This document shows positions 16,546 to 24,565 of a stretch of 25,190 bases of DNA, piece by piece. Source of the stretch: a virus (taxonomy: Duplodnaviria; Caudoviricetes); IMG/VR virus record IMGVR_UViG_3300036985_000838, positions 1-25,190 of that record; one strand, 5' to 3'. Position numbers and translations under genes: made by a program. Each line of letters opens with the position of its first letter. Position 1 is the stretch's first letter. The notes beneath the pieces are model-generated. The model saw nothing but the letters and a program-made list of their open reading frames with translations. It made no database searches and was not told where the DNA came from.

Positions 16546-17009
16546 CTTTCCTCTATTTTCTGTAGCTTGTTCATGTACCACTGTGCTTTTCGCAAGTCTT
16601 CCGCGCCGTTTTTGTTTTTGTACCGCCATTGGTATTTAAAAATATTACCGCGCAAAAAGCCGATATACTCATCTGCCGACAACATTGACCGCAGCGCGTC
16701 GATACACTCAATAGGGCCATTGGTGTAGTGCAGTGGAGAATTCACTATGTGTTCTAACCGCTCTGGCACAACAAATTCTTTTACCTCTGCCGCAGGTTTA
16801 AGGTTCTCTGCCCAGTTCTCATAATTAGTTAGCCTGTACAAATACGCCCCTTCAACCGTAACATCTGACCGCGTAACTACCCCGTCTTTAATTAGCGCAA
16901 TCATCATTGAGCTAGTTTCGGATTGTTTTTGTCCTAACGCTTCGGCGACTTCTTTCATCTTCATTCCTTGGCGATTTCCTTTACGCAGAATTTCTTTAAT
17001 CATGTCCAC
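16542..17009 (-). CDS. N-terminal HTH fused to DUF3310 (T7 gp1.7/SaV-like) domain
   Basis: MKMKEVAEALG...LIKDGVV HTH, followed by VNSPLHYTNGPIECIDA...GFLRGNIFKYQWRY..KNGAEDLRKAQWY. Confidence 0.8.
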   Translation of the reverse strand: MDMIKEILRKGNRQGMKMKEVAEALGQKQSETSSMMIALIKDGVVTRSDVTVEGAYLYRLTNYENWAENLKPAAEVKEFVVPERLEHIVNSPLHYTNGPIECIDALRSMLSADEYIGFLRGNIFKYQWRYKNKNGAEDLRKAQWYMNKLQKIEER

Positions 17010-17229
17010 TCACTATATCGAAAAAATACGCTCTATTATCAGCGGTTAAATTGTTTAGCGCTTTGTACAGCTTTCTTGTTTCGCCGTTATGTTGGCGTAT
17101 TAAGCGTCTACATCTAGCACGAAAGCGTTGCTCGTTTAACTCGTTAATCAATCCCAGCGTAATCACTTCACTGCAAAACCTGTCTTTTAAAAACGGTGGT
17201 AGCCCTGCAAATATCTGTGTGATGCTCAT
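16996..17229 (-). CDS. Hypothetical protein
   Basis: 77-aa ORF tightly packed in the leftward operon. Confidence 0.55.
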   Translation of the reverse strand: MSITQIFAGLPPFLKDRFCSEVITLGLINELNEQRFRARCRRLIRQHNGETRKLYKALNNLTADNRAYFFDIVSGHD

Positions 17230-17231
17230 TT

Positions 17232-17378
17232 TTAAACCCCTTTAAAAATAGGCCTTTGTTCTTTACACCGGTCACATTCGCGGTATCCAAGGCTTGCATA
17301 TACGCGCCAACTGTCATGCTTACACCCGACCGCTGTTGGTACGGGTATTACTGGTGTTACTGGTGTTACCATCGACAT
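17232..17378 (-). CDS. Small putative zinc-finger protein (48 aa), not in the ORF track
   Basis: MSMVTPVTPVIPVPTAVGCKHDSWRVYASLGYRECDRCKEQRPIFKGV* with a CxH...CxxC pattern. Confidence 0.6.
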   Translation of the reverse strand: MSMVTPVTPVIPVPTAVGCKHDSWRVYASLGYRECDRCKEQRPIFKGV

Positions 17379-17446
17379 ATCCAAACCCCAGATAAAATTA
17401 AAAATCCTGCGTAAAACGCTAACGCTGCTATATCTTCAAATTGCAT
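17366..17446 (-). CDS. Tiny single-TM peptide (26 aa), not in the ORF track
   Basis: MQFEDIAALAFYAGFLILSGVWICRW*, TAATG-coupled to the upstream gene. Confidence 0.5.
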   Translation of the reverse strand: MQFEDIAALAFYAGFLILSGVWICRW

Positions 17447-17646
17447 TATTTAACCACCATATCGCCGCTTTGGTTGCGGCTTATCTCATAAATTCCATAG
17501 ACCTTGTTATCACGCAAAATGAACTCGCCGATGTTCGTTTTCGTCACTTCATAGTATCCGCGATGCAAAACAGAATTAACAGACACTGCAACAAAGCAAC
17601 CCGCACAAAATGCAATCAATACCATTGCCGCTAAATTAGCTTTCAT
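17446..17646 (-). CDS. Hypothetical membrane-anchored protein
   Basis: 66 aa with an N-terminal hydrophobic segment; ATGA coupling. Confidence 0.6.
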   Translation of the reverse strand: MKANLAAMVLIAFCAGCFVAVSVNSVLHRGYYEVTKTNIGEFILRDNKVYGIYEISRNQSGDMVVK

Positions 17647-17894
17647 TGTACTGATCCCACAGTTCTATCAATGCAAACCGCACTGACGATTTCGGTTGGC
17701 GACTTTGCCATCCCGTATGCCCCGTAAGCTAGAGAAAGTTCTTCACGCCCATTTCTGCACGCCATCATCGTTTCGTAGTGGATAGTGCCAGTCGTCAATG
17801 TGTATCTGTCTTCGGCAACGTGACTGCCGTTGGCGGTTGTCACTGTGCTGACAGTTAAAATTTTTAACGTCAATAATAATACTGCCGTGTTCAT
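17643..17894 (-). CDS. Hypothetical protein with hydrophobic N-terminus and Cys pair
   Basis: 83 aa with YETMMAC...AVCI; ATGA coupling at both ends. Confidence 0.55.
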   Translation of the reverse strand: MNTAVLLLTLKILTVSTVTTANGSHVAEDRYTLTTGTIHYETMMACRNGREELSLAYGAYGMAKSPTEIVSAVCIDRTVGSVQ

Positions 17895-18046
17895 AACTCA
17901 TCTCCCAACACAGTGTTTTTAAGTAGTCTTCTTAACCGTATGTTTTCGTCTGCTGTTTTGTTATTTAACCGCGCCATAGCCAAAAAGCAAACTATCATAA
18001 TAAGGTATGCTAAGTTGCTTTCATCAAGGTATTGTAAAAAAATCAT
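17891..18046 (-). CDS. Small membrane protein
   Basis: Start moved to ATG 18046 (GGAGA SD); MIFLQYLDESNLAYLIMIVCFLAMARL..., 51 aa. Confidence 0.55.
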   Translation of the reverse strand: MIFLQYLDESNLAYLIMIVCFLAMARLNNKTADENIRLRRLLKNTVLGDEL

Positions 18047-18314
18047 TTTGGTCTCTCCAGATGTTAATATCCTCTTTGCTCCAAAGGCAGGTGTACTTTT
18101 GATTAAGGCTGCCCATATCTGACGCAAAGACTTTTTGCAGTGGTGACAGTTTCCCACCTGCGGTTTTAAGTTCAATAAACCATGTGCTGCCATTAGGTAA
18201 ACACACGATTCTATCTGCCACTCCTCTGCAAGCAGGAGAGGTGAACTTATATGTTTTGCCGCCCATTTCTTTGACGACCTTTACTAAATATTTTTCAACG
18301 TCTTTTTCTAACAT
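18024..18314 (-). CDS. VRR-NUC domain nuclease (Holliday junction resolvase-like)
   Basis: MLEKDVEKYL...KFTSP..RGVADRIVCLPNG..WFIELKTAGGKLSPLQ (PD-(D/E)xK pattern). Confidence 0.9.
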   Translation of the reverse strand: MLEKDVEKYLVKVVKEMGGKTYKFTSPACRGVADRIVCLPNGSTWFIELKTAGGKLSPLQKVFASDMGSLNQKYTCLWSKEDINIWRDQNDFFTIP

Positions 18315-18349
18315 GGCTAAAGTTTAGCATTGCAAACTTTTCTTTGCAA
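18315..18349 (-). promoter_or_regulatory. Leftward sigma70 promoter, probably leaderless
   Basis: Minus strand TTGCAA-17 nt-TAAACT with a TG extension, 6 nt before the VRR-NUC ATG; no SD. Confidence 0.6.
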
Positions 18350-18357
18350 ACTTTTTT

Positions 18358-18366
18358 TGATATACT
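18358..18366 (+). promoter_or_regulatory. Rightward extended -10 promoter
   Basis: TG-A-TATACT about 30 nt upstream of ATG 18396 (SD GAGG). Confidence 0.5.
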
Positions 18367-18395
18367 GCACGCTCACTAAACGAGAGGAAACTAAA

Positions 18396-19514
18396 ATGAG
18401 CCATTCAAGTATCGCCGGCGGCAGTACCGCTAAACGTGTTATCGCTTGTCCTGCCAGCGTTAAGCTGTGTCAACAAATGCCGCCTAAGCCGTCGTCATCG
18501 TTTGCCGATGAAGGTACGCTTTGCCACTTGGCAATGGAAAAGCTGTTGACCGAAGATAACTTTAACATCTACAGCTTATCGTATGCAGGTATTGATATGA
18601 CCCCTGAGCTTGCGAAAGAAAAGATTGAACCGGCATTAGCCGCGCTTGATGAAATTGACCCAACCAAGTCAATGGAGTTTATGGTTGAAGCTAAAGTAAG
18701 TTACGGTGACTTCTTGCCTGACGTGTTCGGTAGCGTTGACCTTATCGGACGACTTGGCGACCGCGCCATTATATTAGACTGGAAGTTTGGCAGTGGCGTT
18801 AGCGTTGAAGTCGAAGAAAACGAGCAGCTCATGTTTTACGCCGCCGCCGCTATGCGTACAAAAGGGCTAGAGTGGGTGTTTGACGGCGCGGCATCTATTG
18901 AGCTTGTGATTGTTCAGCCGCCTTCTGTTAAACGTTGGAAAACCACCTTTAAACGCCTTATTGAGTTTGAGAAAACACTTAAGAAAGCTATCGATTTAGC
19001 TTCTGCGCCTAATGCGCCGTTGTCGAGCGGTACTCATTGCAAGTGGTGCGCCGCTAAACCAACTTGCCCTTTGATGACAGGTGAGGTAGATAGAGCTTTG
19101 CGGGCTAAGTTAGAAAATATTGATGCAGATTCTATTGCAAACTATTTACAACAAGCGGAAATTCTGGAACAATGGATTACCGATTTGAGAGCGTTAGCGT
19201 TTCAAATGCTTGAAGCCGGTAAGCCTGTTCCAAACTACAAACTCGTTGCAAAACGAGGTACACGGAAATGGACTAATGAATCACAAGCAATAGAATCGCT
19301 TTTGGCTCTTGGTCTAACAAATGACGACATCTACGATTCTAAATTGGTATCGCCGGCGCAAGCAGAGAAGAAATTAAAAGTTCTGAAACTGCCCATGCCA
19401 ACAGATGTTGTCGCAGTAGTATCTTCTGGCAGTACGATGGCGCACGAAAGTGACCCTCGACCAACTGTCTTACTTATCGGGCAACAGCTTGCTAATGCCC
19501 TTTCTAAACTTTAA
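18396..19514 (+). CDS. DUF2800 / Cas4-like PD-(D/E)xK exonuclease
   Basis: Start at ATG 18396. HSSIAGGSTAKRVIACPAS, EGTLCH, FGSVD...ILDWKFG, QLMFYA and HCKWCAAKPTCP. Confidence 0.88.
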   Translation: MSHSSIAGGSTAKRVIACPASVKLCQQMPPKPSSSFADEGTLCHLAMEKLLTEDNFNIYSLSYAGIDMTPELAKEKIEPALAALDEIDPTKSMEFMVEAKVSYGDFLPDVFGSVDLIGRLGDRAIILDWKFGSGVSVEVEENEQLMFYAAAAMRTKGLEWVFDGAASIELVIVQPPSVKRWKTTFKRLIEFEKTLKKAIDLASAPNAPLSSGTHCKWCAAKPTCPLMTGEVDRALRAKLENIDADSIANYLQQAEILEQWITDLRALAFQMLEAGKPVPNYKLVAKRGTRKWTNESQAIESLLALGLTNDDIYDSKLVSPAQAEKKLKVLKLPMPTDVVAVVSSGSTMAHESDPRPTVLLIGQQLANALSKL

Positions 19515-19525
19515 GGTAAATTAAA

Positions 19526-20173
19526 ATGACTTCTTTAACAGTATTTGGCACCGCATCCCTTCCAGCCGTTAACAGCATTTCTTCTGCGCTGCGTAACATT
19601 CAAACTGACAGCTCAACGACTGGTGGTATATCTATACTTAAAATGGATAGAACGGGTCACTGGGTGTATGGCGCAGCAGAAACAGAAGTTGATACTGATT
19701 CTGTGTGGGCAGTTAATCCGTTCAGCTTCACGCATGGTTTTATTGCATGGGGTGAAGGCGAAGTTTTAGGTGAAAAAATGGTTAGCGTTACTGAGCCATT
19801 ACCGCAGTTAGACCCCGCACCTGCCGCTGCTAAACGCGGCTGGGAAACCCAAGTTGGTTTCTCTCTTAAATGTATCGATGGCGAAGACAAAGGCGAAGAA
19901 GTCCGTTACGCGGTGACTAGCGTTGGCGGTAAACGTGCGGTGCAAACGTTAGCTGTCAATATCGCTAATCAAGTAGAAACAGACCAAACTAAACCCGTTG
20001 CTGTTGTATCACTTGGCAAAGAACATTATCAGCATAAAGCCTACGGGCGTATCTACACGCCGATGTTTGATATTGTGGAGTGGATTAGCCTAGACGGTGA
20101 ACCTGCTACTGAAGATACACCCCAAGAAGTCATCGAGGATGATGCGCCTGCCACTCGCCGCAGACGCGCATAA
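19526..20173 (+). CDS. Putative single-stranded DNA-binding protein
   Basis: Lies between DUF2800 and polA. Aromatic beta-rich core (GFIAWGEG, YQHKAYGRIYTP) and acidic C-terminal tail. Confidence 0.55.
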   Translation: MTSLTVFGTASLPAVNSISSALRNIQTDSSTTGGISILKMDRTGHWVYGAAETEVDTDSVWAVNPFSFTHGFIAWGEGEVLGEKMVSVTEPLPQLDPAPAAAKRGWETQVGFSLKCIDGEDKGEEVRYAVTSVGGKRAVQTLAVNIANQVETDQTKPVAVVSLGKEHYQHKAYGRIYTPMFDIVEWISLDGEPATEDTPQEVIEDDAPATRRRRA

Positions 20174-20185
20174 CCGATAAGGAGA

Positions 20186-20210
20186 GGGCGGCTGAAAAGC
20201 CGCTTTTTTT
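20186..20210 (+). terminator. Intrinsic terminator-like hairpin immediately before the polA start codon
   Basis: GCGGCT-GAAA-AGCCGC followed by T7, then ATG. Confidence 0.75.
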
Positions 20211-22130
20211 ATGCCTATACTTTATATTGACTTTGAAACAAGAAGCGAATGTGACCTGCCCAAGCACGGCGTTTACAATTACGCGCAAGACCTGACTACT
20301 GACGTGCTGTGTATGTGCTACGCCTTCGATGACGGTGATGTGCAGACGTGGACGCCAGACTTACCTTTTCCTGATGACGTGCGCAATTACGCGGGTCAGA
20401 TACGCGCACATAACGCCACCTTTGAGCGGCTAATTTTTTGGTACGTTCTTCAGATAGACTTTAAGTTAGCGCAGTTTTACTGCACGGCTGTGCAAGCGCG
20501 TGCTAATTGTCTGCCTGGCAGTTTAGAAGACGTTGGTCGTGCTATCTCTAGTGAGATGCGCAAAGACCACCGTGGCAAAATGCTAGTCAAGCAGTGTTGC
20601 ACGCCGCCATTCAACACCAAGTTGCTACCTGAGCTTATCGAGTATTGCCGCCAAGACGTGCGGACTATGCGAGCAGTGTCTACTGCATTGCGCCAATTGA
20701 CTGATGACGAGCTTGCTGACTATCACGTCAATGAGTGCATTAACGACGCGGGTGTTTTGGTGGACGTTGACCTGTGTCGCGCCGCTATGCGTTACGCCAG
20801 TGTCGAGCTTGAGGAAATTCAATCGCGTGTTGTGGAGTTAACGGACGGCGCAATTAAATCCGTTCGCTCGCCTAAGATGCGTGAGTGGGTGCTTGAGCGT
20901 GTTGGTTCTGCGGCACGGGATTTGATGTGGAACGGTGAGAAGTATTCTATCGACAAAAGCGTCCGCGCTAATTTGCTATTGATGGATGACCCTGAAGAAA
21001 TCCCACCGCACGTTGCTGAGGTTATTCAATGTGCGGATGACTTGTGGGCATCGTCGGTTGCTAAGTTCAAGCGTTTGCAAGAATTGGCAGACGTTGAAGA
21101 TCATCGTGTGCGTGGCGCGTTTGTGTTCAATGGTGGCAGTGCGACTGGTCGAGCGTCATCGTATGGCGCACAGGTGCATAACTTTACGCGCAAATGCGCT
21201 AAAGAGCCTCAACGAGTGCGTGATGATATGGTTGAGAGCGTTAATATTGTTCCTTTGCATGGCAAGCGTGTGACGGACGTTCTTAAAGGTATGCTTCGCC
21301 CTGCGCTGATACCTGCTATTGGAAACGTGTTCGTGGTAGCAGATTGGGCAGGGATTGAAGCGCGTGTCACGCCGTGGGCAAGTTTGCAGCTCGGTAGCGA
21401 GGCTGTGCTTGATGTGTTTCGCAGTGGCGAGGATATTTACATTCGAGCGGCTGCGGGAATCTTTAACTGCGCAATGGAAACCATTACCAGTGATCAGCGT
21501 CAAATCGGTAAAGTGGCTATTTTGTCGTGCGGTTACATGGGTGGTGCTGGTGCGTTTGGTGCGATGGGTAAAGCCTATGGCATTTCACTGCCTGAAGCAG
21601 AAGCTAAACGAACCGTGGATGCGTGGCGGCGTAGTAACACTTGGGCAGTGCAGTATTGGAGTGCGCTTGAACGTGCCTTCATGGGTGCTATGCGTCATAA
21701 AGGTCGGGAGTTTACCGCTGGGCGTGTGACGTACCTGTTTGATAGTGTGCATTTGTGGTACGCCTTGCCGTCTGGACGAGTGCTGTGCTACCCCTTTGCG
21801 CGTATCGAAGATGGCGGCGTGTCTTACGCTAAGGCAGCATGGAAACCTGCGGCTGATGCAGTCGAATGGCCGCGAGCTAGGCTATGGCCGGGGCTTGCGT
21901 GTGAGAACATTACGCAAGCAATTGCAAATGATTTACTTCGTGACGCTTTACGGCGAATCGGGCATACTGTTGTGCTTCATGTGCATGACGAAATTGTTTT
22001 AGAAGTGCGAAAACAAGACGCGGAAAGCACCGCGCAAGACTTGGAAACGGTAATGTGTAGTGCGCCTTTGTGGGCAGAAGGTCTACCGTTAGCCGTTGGT
22101 GTATCAACATTAGAGAGATACGGAAAATGA
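20211..22130 (+). CDS. polA: Family A DNA polymerase with 3'-5' exonuclease
   Basis: Exo I DFET, Exo II HNATFER, Exo III YCRQDV; motif A ADWAGIEAR, motif B RQIGKVAILSCGY, motif C VHDEIV. Confidence 0.95.
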   Translation: MPILYIDFETRSECDLPKHGVYNYAQDLTTDVLCMCYAFDDGDVQTWTPDLPFPDDVRNYAGQIRAHNATFERLIFWYVLQIDFKLAQFYCTAVQARANCLPGSLEDVGRAISSEMRKDHRGKMLVKQCCTPPFNTKLLPELIEYCRQDVRTMRAVSTALRQLTDDELADYHVNECINDAGVLVDVDLCRAAMRYASVELEEIQSRVVELTDGAIKSVRSPKMREWVLERVGSAARDLMWNGEKYSIDKSVRANLLLMDDPEEIPPHVAEVIQCADDLWASSVAKFKRLQELADVEDHRVRGAFVFNGGSATGRASSYGAQVHNFTRKCAKEPQRVRDDMVESVNIVPLHGKRVTDVLKGMLRPALIPAIGNVFVVADWAGIEARVTPWASLQLGSEAVLDVFRSGEDIYIRAAAGIFNCAMETITSDQRQIGKVAILSCGYMGGAGAFGAMGKAYGISLPEAEAKRTVDAWRRSNTWAVQYWSALERAFMGAMRHKGREFTAGRVTYLFDSVHLWYALPSGRVLCYPFARIEDGGVSYAKAAWKPAADAVEWPRARLWPGLACENITQAIANDLLRDALRRIGHTVVLHVHDEIVLEVRKQDAESTAQDLETVMCSAPLWAEGLPLAVGVSTLERYGK

Positions 22131-24397
22131 ATTTTATTACTTACTTAGAAAAGATTGCACCTGAAGGTGAAAGCGTTCTTTTAGTCAAACAGATCGCTAA
22201 AGACAATGGTCAGTTTGCATGGCCTGCTTACCTGCCAGTAAAGTATGATGGGAAAGGCGCGTGGTATGGTAATACCGCGTCGTTTATCACGTCGCGTTTT
22301 AAAGAAGGCAAACCCTCTGCGAGTGCTAGCAATTGCGAGTACGTCGCTTTTCTTGTGCTTGATGACATTGGCACAAAGAGCTTACGCCCTCTTATAGAGC
22401 CAACATGGATAATGGAAACCTCCCCGCAAAACTTTCAGTGGGGCTACACGTTTGCACTTGACGATATGCCTACAAAAGGTGAGTTCAGCGCGGCTATCAA
22501 AGCAATCGCTGACGCTGGTTACACTGACAGCGGCGCAATTAACCCTGTGCGGAATTTTCGCCTTCCTGCGTCGGTCAATTTGAAGCCTGACCGAGCGTTG
22601 TTTCAGTCTATCCTCGTAGAGTTCCACCCTGAGCGTGAGTTTACCCTTGCACAGATTTGCGCTGCCCTCGATGTTCACCCTTCTGATGCTGACACTGCGT
22701 TCGTGCGTCCAATGGCTATCATCGACACAGGCAATGATGAGGTGTTGGAATGGTTGTCGTCGCGTGGTGATGTCATGGAATCGGCTAACGCTGAGGGTTG
22801 GGTGGGTGTTGTTTGCCCTAACCACGTCGAGCATACCGACGGTCAGTTGATGGGCAGATACCACCCGCTTAACCGTGCGTATTGTTGTTTTCATGGTCAC
22901 TGTTCTCTTTGGGACAGCCGAGCTTATCTTGCGTGGGTTGCTGAGATGGGTGGACCTAAGCACTCGCACGGTCTTCGTGAGGAAATACTCGCGGAGGTGA
23001 TGCACAACGCCATTGGCAAACTTACCCCGTCCGAAATGTTCAGCACTGACGCGGCGGCTATTATAGAAGAAGTTGAACAGAAAGAACTTGCACGGCTTGA
23101 GAAGGCAGAATGGTTTCAGCGTTTTGCGTATGTTATGTCTGACGATTCTTATTTTGATTTGCAAAACCGACGTGAGTTTTCACGTCAGACGTTTAACGCC
23201 GTGTACCGTCATGTGTCGTGTAAAAGTATCCACTCTGAGCGTAAAGTAGAAGCCGCTATGAGCTTTGACGAGAATCGGCAGGTGATGGGTGCTAAAGTTC
23301 TTGCCGGTATAACCTTTGCGGCTGGGGATAGCGTCCTTGCCACGCGTGATGGTGAACTATATGGCAACCGTTGGCGTGACGCCCGCCCCAATTCATCGCG
23401 TGGCGGAATTTTAAACGGCGATATATCTATATGGCTTGACCATTGCAAAACCCTTGTTCCTGATGAGCGTGAGCTATTGCACATTTGGGATTACTTGGCG
23501 TTTAAGGTGCAAAACCCACGCATTAAAATTAACCACGCTATTCTGCACGCTGGTGGGCAAGGTATCGGTAAAGATACGATGTATGCGCCGTTCATATACG
23601 CCGTGTGCGGTCCTAACTTACGCAACTATTCACTGATGTCTACCGACACCATACAATCTGCGTGGGGCTATCATCTTGAAGCAGAAATCGTGGTTATCAA
23701 CGAGCTTAAAGAAGCCGATAGTGCTGCGCGTCGTATGCTTGCCAACAAGCTCAAGCCTGTTATCGCCGCCCCGCCTGAAATGCTATCTGTTAACCGTAAA
23801 GGCCTTGCCCCCTATAATCTTGTCAACCGTCTTGCAGTGCTTGCGTTTTCCAATGACCGTGTGCCGTTGTCGCTCGAATCGGGTGATCGTCGATGGTTTG
23901 CAACTTGGAGTAGCGCGTCGCGTATTTCACCTGAGGCTGCTAATCTAATCTGGAAATGGTTTGGTGACGGTGGGTATGATCTTATCGCCAATTGGTTGTT
24001 TAACCGTGATGTGTCGGCGTTCAATCCTGCTGCGCCTGCCCCTATGACAGACTTTAAGATGTCGCTGGTACAGAATGGGATGTCGGCAGTTGAATCTTCA
24101 CTGCTCGACTTGGTTTTACAGCGCCGTGGTGAGTTTGCGCTGGGTGTTATAGCATCGCCATTTCAAGCGATATGTGAACGTGCGGCGGTGTCGTTTGGGT
24201 GTAAGCAATTTCCCCCTGCTGCGCTGTTTCACGCGCTCGAAGAAGCAGGTTGGGTTGATAGAGGAATGTGTGCATCGCGGTCATCATCTACCAAGAAGCA
24301 CGTTTTTTGCGCTCCTGAGTTTGCACAAATGAGCAAATCGGGTATTCGGGATTTAGCAGATCAAAAACCTGTTGCAAAAATTGTAGCAATCAAATAA
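22127..24397 (+). CDS. Primase-helicase (RepB'/AEP-like primase, Zn finger, SF3/DUF5906-like P-loop)
   Basis: Start at ATG 22127 (ATGA coupling). LVLDDIG, ETSPQNFQWGY, RNFRLP; CPNHVEH...CFHGHC; Walker A GGQGIGKD and Walker B IVVINE. Confidence 0.85.
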   Translation: MNFITYLEKIAPEGESVLLVKQIAKDNGQFAWPAYLPVKYDGKGAWYGNTASFITSRFKEGKPSASASNCEYVAFLVLDDIGTKSLRPLIEPTWIMETSPQNFQWGYTFALDDMPTKGEFSAAIKAIADAGYTDSGAINPVRNFRLPASVNLKPDRALFQSILVEFHPEREFTLAQICAALDVHPSDADTAFVRPMAIIDTGNDEVLEWLSSRGDVMESANAEGWVGVVCPNHVEHTDGQLMGRYHPLNRAYCCFHGHCSLWDSRAYLAWVAEMGGPKHSHGLREEILAEVMHNAIGKLTPSEMFSTDAAAIIEEVEQKELARLEKAEWFQRFAYVMSDDSYFDLQNRREFSRQTFNAVYRHVSCKSIHSERKVEAAMSFDENRQVMGAKVLAGITFAAGDSVLATRDGELYGNRWRDARPNSSRGGILNGDISIWLDHCKTLVPDERELLHIWDYLAFKVQNPRIKINHAILHAGGQGIGKDTMYAPFIYAVCGPNLRNYSLMSTDTIQSAWGYHLEAEIVVINELKEADSAARRMLANKLKPVIAAPPEMLSVNRKGLAPYNLVNRLAVLAFSNDRVPLSLESGDRRWFATWSSASRISPEAANLIWKWFGDGGYDLIANWLFNRDVSAFNPAAPAPMTDFKMSLVQNGMSAVESSLLDLVLQRRGEFALGVIASPFQAICERAAVSFGCKQFPPAALFHALEEAGWVDRGMCASRSSSTKKHVFCAPEFAQMSKSGIRDLADQKPVAKIVAIK

Positions 24398-24438
24398 ACT
24401 GCACCTAACAAATCTCTCTATTTGTTGTTGGCTCCTTT

Positions 24439-24470
24439 AAATCCCCTTACGCAGTTTGGGGATTTTTTTT
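24439..24470 (+). terminator. Intrinsic terminator of the replication operon
   Basis: AAATCCCC-11 nt loop-GGGGATTT followed by a T run. Confidence 0.7.
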
Positions 24471-24480
24471 GCCTTTTGGT

Positions 24481-24522
24481 TTCGTGGAATTTTTTTTGGA
24501 AACCGTTCGTGGAATTTTTTTT
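24481..24522 (+). repeat. 17-bp direct repeat TTCGTGGAATTTTTTTT x2
   Basis: Copies at 24481-24497 and 24506-24522. Confidence 0.9.
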
Positions 24523-24565
24523 CGTTTTGGTAGATTTGAAAACCTTAGCTAGGTTGAAAATCCAT

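Noticed and set aside
22382-23164. 260-aa antisense ORF inside the primase gene, and the many shorter antisense or alternative-frame ORFs in the track
   Set aside because: They are shadow ORFs with no motifs or RBS, unlike the motif-bearing nested ORF in the methyltransferase.
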